Source: Candidatus Saccharimonadota bacterium
Lineage (GTDB): Bacteria; Patescibacteriota; Saccharimonadia; Saccharimonadales; AWTP1-31
Direction: 5' to 3'
Length of the DNA stretch: 64,000 nt
Assembly: GCA_026395435.1 (NCBI GenBank)
Contig: JAPLYT010000003.1
Location: 4,024-68,023 of the forward strand
Shown here: positions 10,319 through 20,144 of the stretch, piece after piece
Layout: the number at the start of each line of letters is the position of its first letter
How positions within the stretch are numbered: position 1 is the first letter of the stretch
The notes under the pieces: model-generated
Databases searched by the model: none
What the model was told of the DNA's origin: nothing
What the model saw: the letters and a program-made list of their open reading frames with translations, nothing else
Program-made: the position numbers and the translations under genes

Positions 10319-11185
10319 ATGAAGTTCACTATCCAAGAGTTTAATCAAAAGTTTCCTACTAGTGACTCCTGCTTGGATTACCTCTGGAAAATGCACTTCG
10401 CAGATAAGCCCTGTATTACCTGTGGGATGTATGACGGCTTTCATAAACTTCCACACCGCCCTGCCTACCAATGCCAATGCGGTAGTCAGCTTTACCCGTT
10501 AGCTGGCACACCATTCCACAAGTCCACGACCGATCTACGTACGTGGTTTCTTGCTATCTTCTTTATGACCAACACTCGCTCAGGTATGTCAGCCCTCCAG
10601 TTCCAGCGCATTAGTGGCGTAACCTACAAAACTGCTTGGCGTATTTTCAAGCAAGTCCGTCTGATGATGGCTGACGACAATAGCCAGCTCAATACTCATG
10701 TTGAAGTAGACGAAGCCTACATGCACCCCAATCCTCAAAAGCGTAGTACCGCTAAGCCACATAACAGCCAAGTTTTATTTGGCATGGTGGAACGAGGTGG
10801 CCGAGCTAGGATTAAGCACGTCAAAAGCTCAGGTACTCGTGTATTAGTTCCTGAAATCCAAAAGAATATTGAGCAGACTGCCACGATCTATAGCGATGAA
10901 CATGGCTCATATCGTTTGCTTAAGAAACGTGGTTATCTGCATCAAACCGTTAACCACGGCAAGCAACAATATGTTATTGGCTGGGTACACACCCAAAACG
11001 TTGAAAACTTCTGGAGCCAATTTAAGCGTGGTATCTATGGCGTTTACCGCCACTGTGATCCAAACTACTTACAGCACTATGCCAACGAGTATGCTTTCCG
11101 ATATTCCAACCGCAAAAACGATACGCCTATGTTTGAGCTAATATTAGGCAAACTCCTTAGCTCACCAACCCCTCTAAACAAGTAG
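10319..11185 (+). CDS. IS1595-family DDE transposase
   Basis: N-terminal Zn ribbon (CITC...CQC), HTH region, VEVDEAY, YSDE, HTQNVENFW, YANEYAFRY. Confidence 0.93.
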   Translation: MKFTIQEFNQKFPTSDSCLDYLWKMHFADKPCITCGMYDGFHKLPHRPAYQCQCGSQLYPLAGTPFHKSTTDLRTWFLAIFFMTNTRSGMSALQFQRISGVTYKTAWRIFKQVRLMMADDNSQLNTHVEVDEAYMHPNPQKRSTAKPHNSQVLFGMVERGGRARIKHVKSSGTRVLVPEIQKNIEQTATIYSDEHGSYRLLKKRGYLHQTVNHGKQQYVIGWVHTQNVENFWSQFKRGIYGVYRHCDPNYLQHYANEYAFRYSNRKNDTPMFELILGKLLSSPTPLNK

Positions 11186-11304
11186 TGAAATTGATGTAAT
11201 CCTGCCCCCGAGGGCGAGGGCAGCATTACGCTTGTGTCAATCTGTTAAATCAGGAATACAGTGGTACCTACCTTTAAGTAATACGGATAGGAGGGTTTGG
11301 CAAA

Positions 11305-12168
11305 ATGAAACTAACTCAAATTCCAAAAATAACCTATAAACAAAAAACCATACTAGGTCTACTGTATACTCATAGATTCCTTACTAGAATACAAATACAG
11401 ACATTCCTAAACCATAAAGATAAAAAGACTATAAACCTATGGCTTAAAGACCTATGAGAAAAAGAATATATAAACTGGATCTACAATAAAGATCATTTTG
11501 CTGAGAAAACTAAACCAGCTATCTACTATCTCGGTATTAATGGCATCCGCCATATGCAGAACATGGATTTCCATCCAAACGAAGAACTGAGGAAACGCTA
11601 CCGAGAGCATGAACGTAGCCAAGGCTTTATTGATCGCTATCTTCTGCTAGCAGATGTCTGTCTAGAGCTTGATGATGAAAGAAACGGTACCTATTACATG
11701 ACAACCTGTCACTACTACGAGACTGAAGCTGACTACCGCAGTGAAATGCGTTACCACTTTTTGAGTGGAAACGAGCTGATCCAACCCGATCTGTGTATTG
11801 CCCAGTCTGAAGGTGACATGGATGATAGCATTGGTGATCCAGACACCACCGTAGCAAGTTACTTATTGGAGATCTTTGATTCTACCTTGCCGCGATACCG
11901 GTTACGTAACAAACTAAAGAAGTACGTGCAATACCTAGAGGAAGAATTAGACGAATGGGACGAGCAGACGGGTGAAGATCCAAGACCAACCTTATTACTA
12001 GTCTGCGCTACCCTTACAGACCTTATATACGCTAAACGCAGAACCAGAGGACTAATGGCCGACATCTGGGAGTATGACGATGAGGATAGACCACATATTC
12101 GATTTAGCACCATAGAGAAACTTAAAGAACATGGAGTGCTCGCTGGGGAGATTTGGGAAGAGGCTTAG
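11305..12168 (+). pseudogene. Replication-relaxation (Replic_Relax-like) family gene interrupted by one in-frame TGA at 11455-11457
   Basis: ATG 11305 with GGAGG RBS; reads MKLTQIPKITYKQKTILGLLYTHRFLTRIQIQ...WLKDL*EKEYINWIY... and continues in the same frame into the 11554-12168 ORF (LIQPD...YLLEIFD nuclease-like motif). Confidence 0.7.
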
Positions 12169-12176
12169 TTTTAGCC

Positions 12177-12782
12177 TTAGGCGACGTTTTGATTTGGCTG
12201 TTCAGGCGCAGGAGGTTGTTGTGCAGGATAAACTTGACCGTTGAGTGTAATGTCATGACCTGCCGCATTTGCATCTTCAATGGCAGCAGCTTCATATCCG
12301 GCTCGGTTTTGTTTTAAGTGCTGCTGTGCATCCCAGAGATTAGCACTGCTCTTCGTAGTAGCATCTTCGATCGCATCCATAGATTCATCAAGTGGTCGCC
12401 TTATATCGTCCATGGCTTCCTGGGCTTGTTGGAGTTCGCGTTTACCATAATTACTGAGAGGGCTAACCTGCGCATGTAGCTCATCTGAGGTTTCCTTTGC
12501 CGCGTCAAAGCTGCGCACGAGCTTACCCTTTCTTAGCAACTGGCTTGTCTTTTCATCCTCATGAGTCCCATGATTCCTATAGTAGTTTGCTGCCATTGCA
12601 GGAAGAGGATTGCCTTCTGTGTCGACTATCTCACCCGGCCTCGCGAGCATAGAAGCCTCGACTCCTTCATCGCCCTTTCTGTCTACACCTTCGTCAAGCA
12701 TCGCTTTAGCCTTTTGTGCGACTTCAGCGTCAAATTGCTCTCCATCCATTTGGCCACTTGCAGTTGGGGGTGTTTCACTCAT
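12177..12782 (-). CDS. Hypothetical protein (IS passenger)
   Basis: 201-aa ORF with AAGGA RBS, lying inside the IS boundaries. Confidence 0.7.
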   Translation of the reverse strand: MSETPPTASGQMDGEQFDAEVAQKAKAMLDEGVDRKGDEGVEASMLARPGEIVDTEGNPLPAMAANYYRNHGTHEDEKTSQLLRKGKLVRSFDAAKETSDELHAQVSPLSNYGKRELQQAQEAMDDIRRPLDESMDAIEDATTKSSANLWDAQQHLKQNRAGYEAAAIEDANAAGHDITLNGQVYPAQQPPAPEQPNQNVA

Positions 12783-12938
12783 TTTTGTTTCCTTTTATTT
12801 GTCATCTTAAACCTTAGTTCAAGATGACATTTTTATCTTAGTTAGATGGGTGTATGCTATCACGCTCCCGCTTATCTGTCAATTTGATGTCTTCTCATCA
12901 ATTTGCAGAACAATGTTTTCGATCAAGCGCAAACAATT

Positions 12939-13085
12939 CTATGTCTTTTTTAGTATTTTCTTTATAACCCGATTGAATTTCTCTTTGCCACCTGGATGCC
13001 CTAGTTGCACTTTTTCCGCTTTAATATTTTCTTCTACTTTCTTTTGCCATTCTTTGTCATGATTTGTTGGTTTTGCGGATTTCAT
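12939..13085 (-). CDS. Small basic hypothetical protein, 48 aa (IS passenger; absent from the ORF track)
   Basis: MKSAKPTNHDKEWQKKVEENIKAEKVQLGHPGGKEKFNRVIKKILKKT*, preceded by TATACT 6 nt upstream of ATG. Confidence 0.5.
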   Translation of the reverse strand: MKSAKPTNHDKEWQKKVEENIKAEKVQLGHPGGKEKFNRVIKKILKKT

Positions 13086-13149
13086 AAACCTAGTATATAC
13101 CGAATAATTTAGCTATTTAATAACTATGGCTTGAGGGTATAATTGCCTT

Positions 13150-13956
13150 TTAGGCTTGGTATTCGGGCGTATTGAGGTATGCGCTCAAGGGCACTTGCTC
13201 GTATTGAGGCTCTGCGACCCGATGTTGCTTTAGATGATCTTGATGCTTTTGTTGAACATTGCGCCAAAACAGTTCCCTACTCCAGTAGTTTTGGACAGCT
13301 TCATCATATATCCCAAGCAAGTTGGTTTCTGTCAAAGTGTGTAGATACTCTTGAGCTTGGTCTTTGGCCTGGGCCATTTTATGAGTCCAATGTTCCTGGA
13401 TCCAAACACGTTTACCATTTTCGTTGGAATTTTCACCAACAAAACTAGCTAGATTGACCACATACATCGTGAGAGCATTGACCGCCACGTCAGAAGAAGT
13501 CAATGAATCTCTTGAATATGTTCTATCGGGATTCAGACCTTTGAGCAGTTCGGCTTTTTTGCGTAGGGAATCAATCAGATATTCGTTGTATTTACCCCGA
13601 AGTTTGGTTTCGGCTCCCATCGATGAAAAGCTCGCCCAGTGACGGACCAAAGATTCTGCGACATCGGTTTCGCTGTATTTTTCTTTGACTCTTTCTTTGG
13701 CATGCAATTTCGTTTCACGGGCATGTGGTTCTGGAGTTTTTACGACAATGGTATTTTCGCCAGCCGTCTGTGGCACCCAAAGATTCTTCACCCTTTTGTC
13801 AAAGCCCGTGGTGCGTTTCGTGGTCGCAAGATATCCGGTTCGTTTCTTTCGATTTCGAGCTGCTTCTTTTGCTCGATTGATATCGTACACTTCTGGTTGA
13901 CTTGGCAAACCATCAAACAAAAACGATTCTTGATTGTAATTACTACGCTTAGGCAC
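13150..13956 (-). CDS. Hypothetical protein
   Basis: 268-aa ORF, GTG start with GGAG RBS; stop codon lies within the right-hand TSD. Confidence 0.7.
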   Translation of the reverse strand: MPKRSNYNQESFLFDGLPSQPEVYDINRAKEAARNRKKRTGYLATTKRTTGFDKRVKNLWVPQTAGENTIVVKTPEPHARETKLHAKERVKEKYSETDVAESLVRHWASFSSMGAETKLRGKYNEYLIDSLRKKAELLKGLNPDRTYSRDSLTSSDVAVNALTMYVVNLASFVGENSNENGKRVWIQEHWTHKMAQAKDQAQEYLHTLTETNLLGIYDEAVQNYWSRELFWRNVQQKHQDHLKQHRVAEPQYEQVPLSAYLNTPEYQA

Positions 13957-14034
13957 TTAAAAACTCCACTATAATAGCTATATTATACTACTTTTATGGC
14001 TATTTTACAATAATTGCAAATTACGTTCAGACTA

Positions 14035-14439
14035 CTATTCTGGTTTGTTCGTTATGTCACCCTCAAGGGCTTGTCTAGAGGCAGCAATCCCTGCTTCATA
14101 GATCTTTCTTGTCTCATCATCCATGGCCGCGTGAGCTTTAGGATTAGGTAAAACACTGAGCGTACCATCTGCGGGATATACTGGGGGATTTCCTACCCCA
14201 CCAACTGATGGATGGCCAGACCGTGCCTTCTTGCGCTCCTCGGTACTTCCAGGAACGTTATGTATACCGACAACTTTTCTATCCCACCCCTGGTCTATGG
14301 CAGCTTCGGATGGCTGCCTCTCTTGTGGTCCTCGAGCAGCTTCTGCAACCCGTGCAGCATATTCATCTGGATCAGTAGGAATATTTGACTCTTCTGTTGC
14401 TTTAGGTTCATCGGGAAATAGTTGTAATTCGTCATTCAT
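14035..14439 (-). CDS. Hypothetical protein
   Basis: 134-aa ORF; TACTAT 6 nt before ATG. Confidence 0.65.
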   Translation of the reverse strand: MNDELQLFPDEPKATEESNIPTDPDEYAARVAEAARGPQERQPSEAAIDQGWDRKVVGIHNVPGSTEERKKARSGHPSVGGVGNPPVYPADGTLSVLPNPKAHAAMDDETRKIYEAGIAASRQALEGDITNKPE

Positions 14440-14479
14440 AAAATTATAGTAACCATAATCCTAATAAATAACAACAAAT

Positions 14480-14508
14480 AAAAACGACCCCTGAGTTCGG
14501 GGCCGTTT
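14480..14508 (-). terminator. Intrinsic terminator of the 14525-14722 gene
   Basis: AAACGGCCCC-loop-GGGGTCGTTT hairpin followed by a T-tract on the minus strand. Confidence 0.7.
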
Positions 14509-14524
14509 ACTAACGCAATAAAGC

Positions 14525-14722
14525 TTATTTGTCGCGCTTGATGGTCAAGAAACCATTGCGTGGGTTTTCGTTTACAGAGAATCCGTCGGGTAGGTCAGTT
14601 GCCTCTGGGCGAACGTCTTTGCTGAAATAATAAATTCGTTGTTCTTTGCCGCCACGAAGAACGACCATCTTTGAGTTCAAGTGGTATGTTACGCCTTTTG
14701 AGTTTGTGTGATTGTAAGCCAT
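14525..14722 (-). CDS. Small hypothetical protein
   Basis: 65 aa, GAGGGAG RBS, upstream TTGACA promoter and downstream terminator. Confidence 0.8.
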   Translation of the reverse strand: MAYNHTNSKGVTYHLNSKMVVLRGGKEQRIYYFSKDVRPEATDLPDGFSVNENPRNGFLTIKRDK

Positions 14723-14929
14723 GCTTATCTCCCTCTACTTATCATTTAATACTGCACCCCTAACATACTCTGGTGGCTTTTAGCTTGTCAATACTCTTTT
14801 GCAGTTTTTACAGTGGTGTACCTCTGTTAATTTTGTATATTTTTCTTGAGGTCAGTATCAATTTAAAAAGAGTTGAGTAAGCTTATTTTGTTTTTTTATC
14901 AATAATGTTGTATAATTGCAATTATTACT

Positions 14930-15322
14930 ATGGATTTAGAAAAATTACCCTCAGTTAAAGACTTTGAAGACACTATGGAGCGGAGCCAACATATTGTTCC
15001 CGTTGGTCTTTGTATTATGCAATTTGAGCCAAATGCTCAAGATCCTTTTTACGCAATGCCGATTGCTCATGTAGTTGCTCGGGTTGTAGAGAACGTTCAA
15101 CCCGTTCAAGTTCTCCGAGATATGCGGTATTTCCAAAGATTTGGCATGATCATTACGAGCGAATGCACATTGGTCGAGCCTATAACCAATGCAAAATTAT
15201 TTGAACGTACCGATCATGAGCTTTGGAGTAATTTTATGGACGAGCACGGTGGAATACCGGGGATTGGCTTAGTGGACCATCTAAAGGCCATAGGCCCTAC
15301 AGATCTCGAAGTTCAGCCTTAA
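14930..15322 (+). CDS. Hypothetical protein
   Basis: 130-aa ORF with TATAAT upstream. Confidence 0.6.
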   Translation: MDLEKLPSVKDFEDTMERSQHIVPVGLCIMQFEPNAQDPFYAMPIAHVVARVVENVQPVQVLRDMRYFQRFGMIITSECTLVEPITNAKLFERTDHELWSNFMDEHGGIPGIGLVDHLKAIGPTDLEVQP

Positions 15323-15908
15323 CCCAACGGTCCAGCACCAGCCGAATCACAAAGAATGCTAGTGACACGCTGGTAATTACCAAGCTCCAGCCAGCAAGAT
15401 CGGGCGACCAGCCTGGTGACACAAAATCAAACTTATAGAGTGCATCAGGAATTGATTTCTGGGCAACGCCTTTACTATCGATGTAATTCTTGATGCACGG
15501 GATTCGGCCGCTTCCGGAAAGCCCCACAGGAAATTGTCGTTCACATTCTGCTTGAGCATCGGTATATATCTGAGAGTTATCTTTACTTACCCGCTCTTGC
15601 TCGGCTTGCAGGAGGCGTTCATAACGGTACTTAAGCTGAATTGGTGGCTTGATGGCATTCTGTCCGCTTGAGAGGCTTGTATTCATGTGTCCGTACATAA
15701 ATGTTCGAAGCTCACGAAGAGCTGTTTCGATGTCTCCATTGGCTTTATCGACAGCAATCACGTTGTCACGAAGTTCGAGGGCTTTAAGATTATTGGCCCG
15801 CAAAGACAATACACAAATGACTCCAAAAACAATTGCAATCACCAAAGGAATGGCTGTATTGATATGCTGGAGAATGCGTGAAAAGTGTCGGAAGAATGAT
15901 TTATCCAT
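15297..15908 (-). CDS. Hypothetical membrane protein (two TM segments, Cys pair in the extracellular loop)
   Basis: Hydrophobic N- and C-terminal segments; likely start MDKSFF. Confidence 0.7.
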   Translation of the reverse strand: MDKSFFRHFSRILQHINTAIPLVIAIVFGVICVLSLRANNLKALELRDNVIAVDKANGDIETALRELRTFMYGHMNTSLSSGQNAIKPPIQLKYRYERLLQAEQERVSKDNSQIYTDAQAECERQFPVGLSGSGRIPCIKNYIDSKGVAQKSIPDALYKFDFVSPGWSPDLAGWSLVITSVSLAFFVIRLVLDRWVKAELRDL

Positions 15909-15950
15909 AATGTTTACCCTTATTATGCCTGAGAGGTACGCGGGCGACAA

Positions 15951-17171
15951 CTACCGTATATTAGCGTCTAAGGCTTTGAATTTTTCGGTCATAATAAGCA
16001 ATGAGGCTAGTCCGGCGACTATAAACCCAGTAGTGAGGGTCGTATGGGCTCCAATCCCCCCACTAACGATCACCAGAAGCCACCACATGGTTGCTTTTGC
16101 AAAACTCGACATGCCTTGTACGATGCTTATGTATACAATTCTATGACCAGGAAAATCATCTGCGGTATCATAGAAACCTTTCACGAATGGCATCCGATAG
16201 CCAACCGTTATAACTTCATTTATCAAACTGGCCCCCATAGCTACGGGGTATGTTGAAATAAACGGACGTACAAAGTGCAGTACTGCATTCCCGCTGGCAC
16301 CAGCTCGAAGTAGTTTTCGGCCATAGCGCTTATCGATCAATGAGCCAATAGCGTAGGTGCCAATCAGCGACATCGCCACAGAAACCGATGCCAAGATGCC
16401 GACTTTTGCGAACACAGATCCGTCGGTAACCACAAACAGTCCGAGGTACAGTGGCCACAGAACTATGCACAACGTATTTTCGAGATTTAAGCCAATCGCT
16501 GGGAGAATGTTGGATCTGAAAATTGTATGAACCGGAAAATCTCGATATGACAATGTTTGACGCAAACGAGTTGGCTCTTTGGTGCGAAGCAGAAACCAAC
16601 CGCCTGCAAACATCAGAATAAGAGATATTAAGAAGATGTATTGGGCACCAAACACTGTTGCCACTAAGCCACCGAGCAGTGGGCCAATCACGGCACCTAT
16701 CTTCTCCATTATCTGCTCATATCCAAGCTCTTTGCCACCGTGTTTTTTGTGTTTAATCTTCGAAAAATCCACATCAAAGGCGATAAAGAAGAAGCTAGCT
16801 GCACATCCCCAGATCATTCCCAATAGCCACACCGGCCAGTGGAATTGTGGCAACGTAAGAAATAATAGTGTCGATAACGCTTGGAAGACTTGTCCAACAA
16901 TGAGTGTGTGTTTGGGGCCATAGCGGGCCACACTATGGGCAGCCACAAAATCTAACCCTACCCGAGCGCTAAAATAAAAAGCATAGACCATTAAAATTTG
17001 GGTGACCGTGAAATCCAGTTTAACTAAATAAATCGGTACGAAGATTCCGGCCATCCCAATCGAAATTCCCCGAAGAAGCATGTTTACATACACTTCGCTG
17101 AGCTCATCGAAGTTCATGGTGCGCCAGTAATGCTGTTTTTTAAGTATTTTATGGATATATTTTCGTAACAT
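15951..17171 (-). CDS. MFS transporter
   Basis: About 12 hydrophobic segments; ARYGPK and GSLIDKRYGRK motif-A-like loops; likely start MLRKY. Confidence 0.85.
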   Translation of the reverse strand: MLRKYIHKILKKQHYWRTMNFDELSEVYVNMLLRGISIGMAGIFVPIYLVKLDFTVTQILMVYAFYFSARVGLDFVAAHSVARYGPKHTLIVGQVFQALSTLLFLTLPQFHWPVWLLGMIWGCAASFFFIAFDVDFSKIKHKKHGGKELGYEQIMEKIGAVIGPLLGGLVATVFGAQYIFLISLILMFAGGWFLLRTKEPTRLRQTLSYRDFPVHTIFRSNILPAIGLNLENTLCIVLWPLYLGLFVVTDGSVFAKVGILASVSVAMSLIGTYAIGSLIDKRYGRKLLRAGASGNAVLHFVRPFISTYPVAMGASLINEVITVGYRMPFVKGFYDTADDFPGHRIVYISIVQGMSSFAKATMWWLLVIVSGGIGAHTTLTTGFIVAGLASLLIMTEKFKALDANIR

Positions 17172-17190
17172 GTGAGCTTTGTACTTTAGG

Positions 17191-17850
17191 CTACTGTTTT
17201 TGCTCTGGTTGCGTGCCGACCGCTGGAGTTGCTGCTGTCGGGCTACCCTGGAAGACGTCCTTGATGGCATTTACCATTTCACCAATTTCATTATTAGGCT
17301 TGTTTAGTGGCACGCCTAGGAACGTAGCGATCTGAGTCGCTTCGTTCTCGAGCGGTGATACCCCTATACCCGTGTTTGCAAAAGAAAATCTACTGCTATT
17401 GGTGGAGTTTGTAATTTGAATTTTCTGATTATTGTTTTGGACCAGTGAAAGATAACTTTGCATCTGAGAGCGACGTCGGTTATCTGAATCAATATTGTCT
17501 GAAATTCGCACTATAAGTTCAACAGATGTAATCGATGCTAGGCTTATTTCGGTAACTTCAGTTTTGCCCCCAATGATACGGGTAGTGGTCACACTGCTGG
17601 GACCCGATTTATCCAAAACAATGATTTTCTTTTGGGCTTTCATGATCACAAAAATCCCTGCCACACAAACAATGCCCAGGATACCTGCTACCCATATTGG
17701 TGTCGGTTTGCCAGAGTTTGAGTTGATACTTCCAGTGACAATTGCTACTGCAAAGATTAAGCCAATGACAGTCATAAGCACACCAACTATTAGATTTGTA
17801 ATACCGGAATCGACGAGTTCTAACTTAGTTTCTGTTTGTGTTATTTTCAT
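17191..17850 (-). CDS. Hypothetical membrane protein
   Basis: Two TM helices followed by a beta-rich domain; TATAGT 6 nt before ATG. Confidence 0.7.
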   Translation of the reverse strand: MKITQTETKLELVDSGITNLIVGVLMTVIGLIFAVAIVTGSINSNSGKPTPIWVAGILGIVCVAGIFVIMKAQKKIIVLDKSGPSSVTTTRIIGGKTEVTEISLASITSVELIVRISDNIDSDNRRRSQMQSYLSLVQNNNQKIQITNSTNSSRFSFANTGIGVSPLENEATQIATFLGVPLNKPNNEIGEMVNAIKDVFQGSPTAATPAVGTQPEQKQ

Positions 17851-17921
17851 ACTGTAACTATACCAGAAAACACACTATGAGCTTATGCTAAGTTACAGAT
17901 ACAATTCACAGTCGAAACTAA

Positions 17922-18695
17922 TTAGTCGTTATAATTTTTTTCGAGACTACCAATTACTCGCTTGTATTCATCGGTTGTTTGATTCCAATACCCTTTAAAT
18001 GGGTTATCTAAGTCTAAAATCAAGAACCGAAGTAGGCCTAAGAAAAAGAATAGTGCGAATGAAAAATAAGCCTGGTACAAGGTGTTATTGAAAGGCATGA
18101 TAACAACCATACCCTGAACGACAATAAGTAGTAGCTCGACTAATCCTTTGAGAATGTCAGGAAGCCGTGTTGTTGCTTGCCCAATTCTCGTATTTCGAAC
18201 TTCTGATAAATCTGAGTAGTCATCGAGTAATTGCCCGAATACAACGCTATCGTGATCATCATTAAAATCGATATCATTTATAGAGTGTGAAATTTCTCGA
18301 AATGCTGTGCTTGCCTTCGGGCTTCTCTTGCCAGTGGCGTTCGACTCAAAGTTATCTTCAACAATACAATTCAAATAGCTGATAACAACTTTTTTAAATT
18401 CCGCTTCTTTTTTACTATCCCGTAAGTATCGATACGTTCTGAATAGTCGTTCGCAGCCTGTTGCCTCTTGAATAATACTATTCCCGAGATCGGTAAACTG
18501 TTTCCATGCTTCAAATACAACGAACGCGAGCAAGAGTCCGAAAAGGACACCAAACAGTGCAATGATATTACTGATACTTCCTAATTCTTGGGAGTAGTTG
18601 CTGGTACTCAAAAACTTCCTGGAGAGAAGAGATAGAATTATCCCGACAATTCCCCATCCAAAAGCTCTAATATATGGTGAATATTTTTCGATCAT
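17922..18695 (-). CDS. DUF4239/bestrophin-like membrane protein
   Basis: GVLFGLLLAFVVFEAW...EA and ILDLDNPFKG motifs. Confidence 0.75.
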   Translation of the reverse strand: MIEKYSPYIRAFGWGIVGIILSLLSRKFLSTSNYSQELGSISNIIALFGVLFGLLLAFVVFEAWKQFTDLGNSIIQEATGCERLFRTYRYLRDSKKEAEFKKVVISYLNCIVEDNFESNATGKRSPKASTAFREISHSINDIDFNDDHDSVVFGQLLDDYSDLSEVRNTRIGQATTRLPDILKGLVELLLIVVQGMVVIMPFNNTLYQAYFSFALFFFLGLLRFLILDLDNPFKGYWNQTTDEYKRVIGSLEKNYND

Positions 18696-18848
18696 ATGTG
18701 TGTTATTCCTTTTACGCTACATTAAATATATACCATTACTTCTGTCTTGTGTATGGAAGTTGCCTGGCTTAGAACGGTAACGACAGGGATTGGCTCACGC
18801 TCTGGGCGTACCTTCTGCCGATCGGACATTTTGTCGTATACTATTCTT

Positions 18849-20144
18849 ATGCATATATTCTTTAGTGGTATCGGGGGCGCCGGTATCGGACCACTGGCCC
18901 TGATTGCCAAGCAAGCTGGATACACCGTTTCGGGAAGTGACAAACAAAATTCGTCATATATAGAATATTTACGGAAGCATGGCATTACGGATATCCACAT
19001 TGGGCAAGAGTCGGACAAAATTGCCGCTACCCATCACCAACAACCAATCGATTGGTTCGTATACAGTTCTGCTGTTGAAAAAGAACAAAAACACGCACCT
19101 GAACTCGCTTTCGCTCGTGAGTACGGTATTAGAATGAGCAAACGTGATGAATTGCTCAATCAAATTTTGGAAGACAAGAAACTCAAGTTGATCGCCATTG
19201 CCGGAACACATGGAAAGTCTACCACCACAGCGATGGTGGTTTGGTTATTTAAGCAGCTCAAACTTCCTATAAGCTACTCGGTTGGAGCAAAATTGAGCTA
19301 TGGGGATATGGGTCAATTTGACGCTGACAGCACCTATTTCGCCTACGAATGCGATGAATTCGACCGTAACTTTTTGGCTTTCAAGCCATTTTTGTCCGTT
19401 ATTACAGGGGTTACGTGGGATCATCATGAGATATTCCCAACCCGTGAAGACTACCAAGAGGCCTTCAAGGAATTTATCAGTCAATCACGCCACACTATTT
19501 GCTGGAGAGAAGATTATGACTATCTTGGCCTGACGTCTACCAGCACTATTTCAGTAGAAGAAACCGACCATCCGCATATTGCCGATATAAAACTCAATGG
19601 ACTCTACAATCGGCTTGATAGCTGGTTTGCCATTCAAGCAGTTCACGAAGTCACGAAAACACCAGTCAAGATACTTATCGGCCTCATGAACGACTTCCCA
19701 GGTTTACAACGGCGTATGGAACAGATTATTCCCCACTTGTATAGCGATTATGCCCATACACCAGAAAAGATTCGAGGCGGCATGAGCGTAGCACTCGAGA
19801 TGGCCCAGGATAGCGGCAAGAAACTATACATTGTCTACGAAGGGCTTACGAACCGTCGGCAACACTTTATGATAGATGACTACAAAGACTGCTTTGCTGG
19901 TGCTGATCACGTCTATTGGATTCCGAGCTATCTGGCCCGAGAAGATCCCGATCAATCAATTCTGTCACCTACAGAGCTCATCAAACACCTTGATGATCCG
20001 TCTATCGCAACCCCTATGGAACGCGACGAAACCCTCAAACAAGTTATTCAAAATCACCTAGACGATGGTGCAATGGTTGTCGGCATGGCCGGCGGTGGTG
20101 GCGATAGTCTCGACGATTGGTTGCGAGCGGAGTTTGCGTCATGA
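18849..20144 (+). CDS. murC: Mur ligase, UDP-N-acetylmuramate--L-alanine ligase type
   Basis: HIFFSGIGGAGI, VSGSD, AIAGTHGKSTTT, ECDEFD, DHH, RR, DYAHTPE; start at MHIFF. Confidence 0.88.
   Translation: MHIFFSGIGGAGIGPLALIAKQAGYTVSGSDKQNSSYIEYLRKHGITDIHIGQESDKIAATHHQQPIDWFVYSSAVEKEQKHAPELAFAREYGIRMSKRDELLNQILEDKKLKLIAIAGTHGKSTTTAMVVWLFKQLKLPISYSVGAKLSYGDMGQFDADSTYFAYECDEFDRNFLAFKPFLSVITGVTWDHHEIFPTREDYQEAFKEFISQSRHTICWREDYDYLGLTSTSTISVEETDHPHIADIKLNGLYNRLDSWFAIQAVHEVTKTPVKILIGLMNDFPGLQRRMEQIIPHLYSDYAHTPEKIRGGMSVALEMAQDSGKKLYIVYEGLTNRRQHFMIDDYKDCFAGADHVYWIPSYLAREDPDQSILSPTELIKHLDDPSIATPMERDETLKQVIQNHLDDGAMVVGMAGGGGDSLDDWLRAEFAS

Larger units (their letters stand above)
10268..13147 (+). mobile_element. 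IS1595-family insertion element (ISNwi-like ends) with passenger genes, 2880 bp
   Basis: IRL GGCAATTATCCCT from 10268; IRR (reverse complement) GGCAATTATACCCT ending at 13147; perfect 8-bp direct repeat TTTTAGGC at 10260-10267 and 13148-13155; transposase at the left end. Confidence 0.92.

Noticed and set aside
11455..11457. Genome-wide TGA recoding (genetic code 25 or 4)
   Set aside because: TGA ends complete genes here (murC at 20144, the histidine kinase at 21514, kef at 51225) and other long genes have no internal TGA
12850..13062. 70-aa + strand ORF inside the IS element
   Set aside because: Phe-rich mirror of a Lys-rich minus-strand ORF (12939-13085) that has a -10 box at the typical spacing
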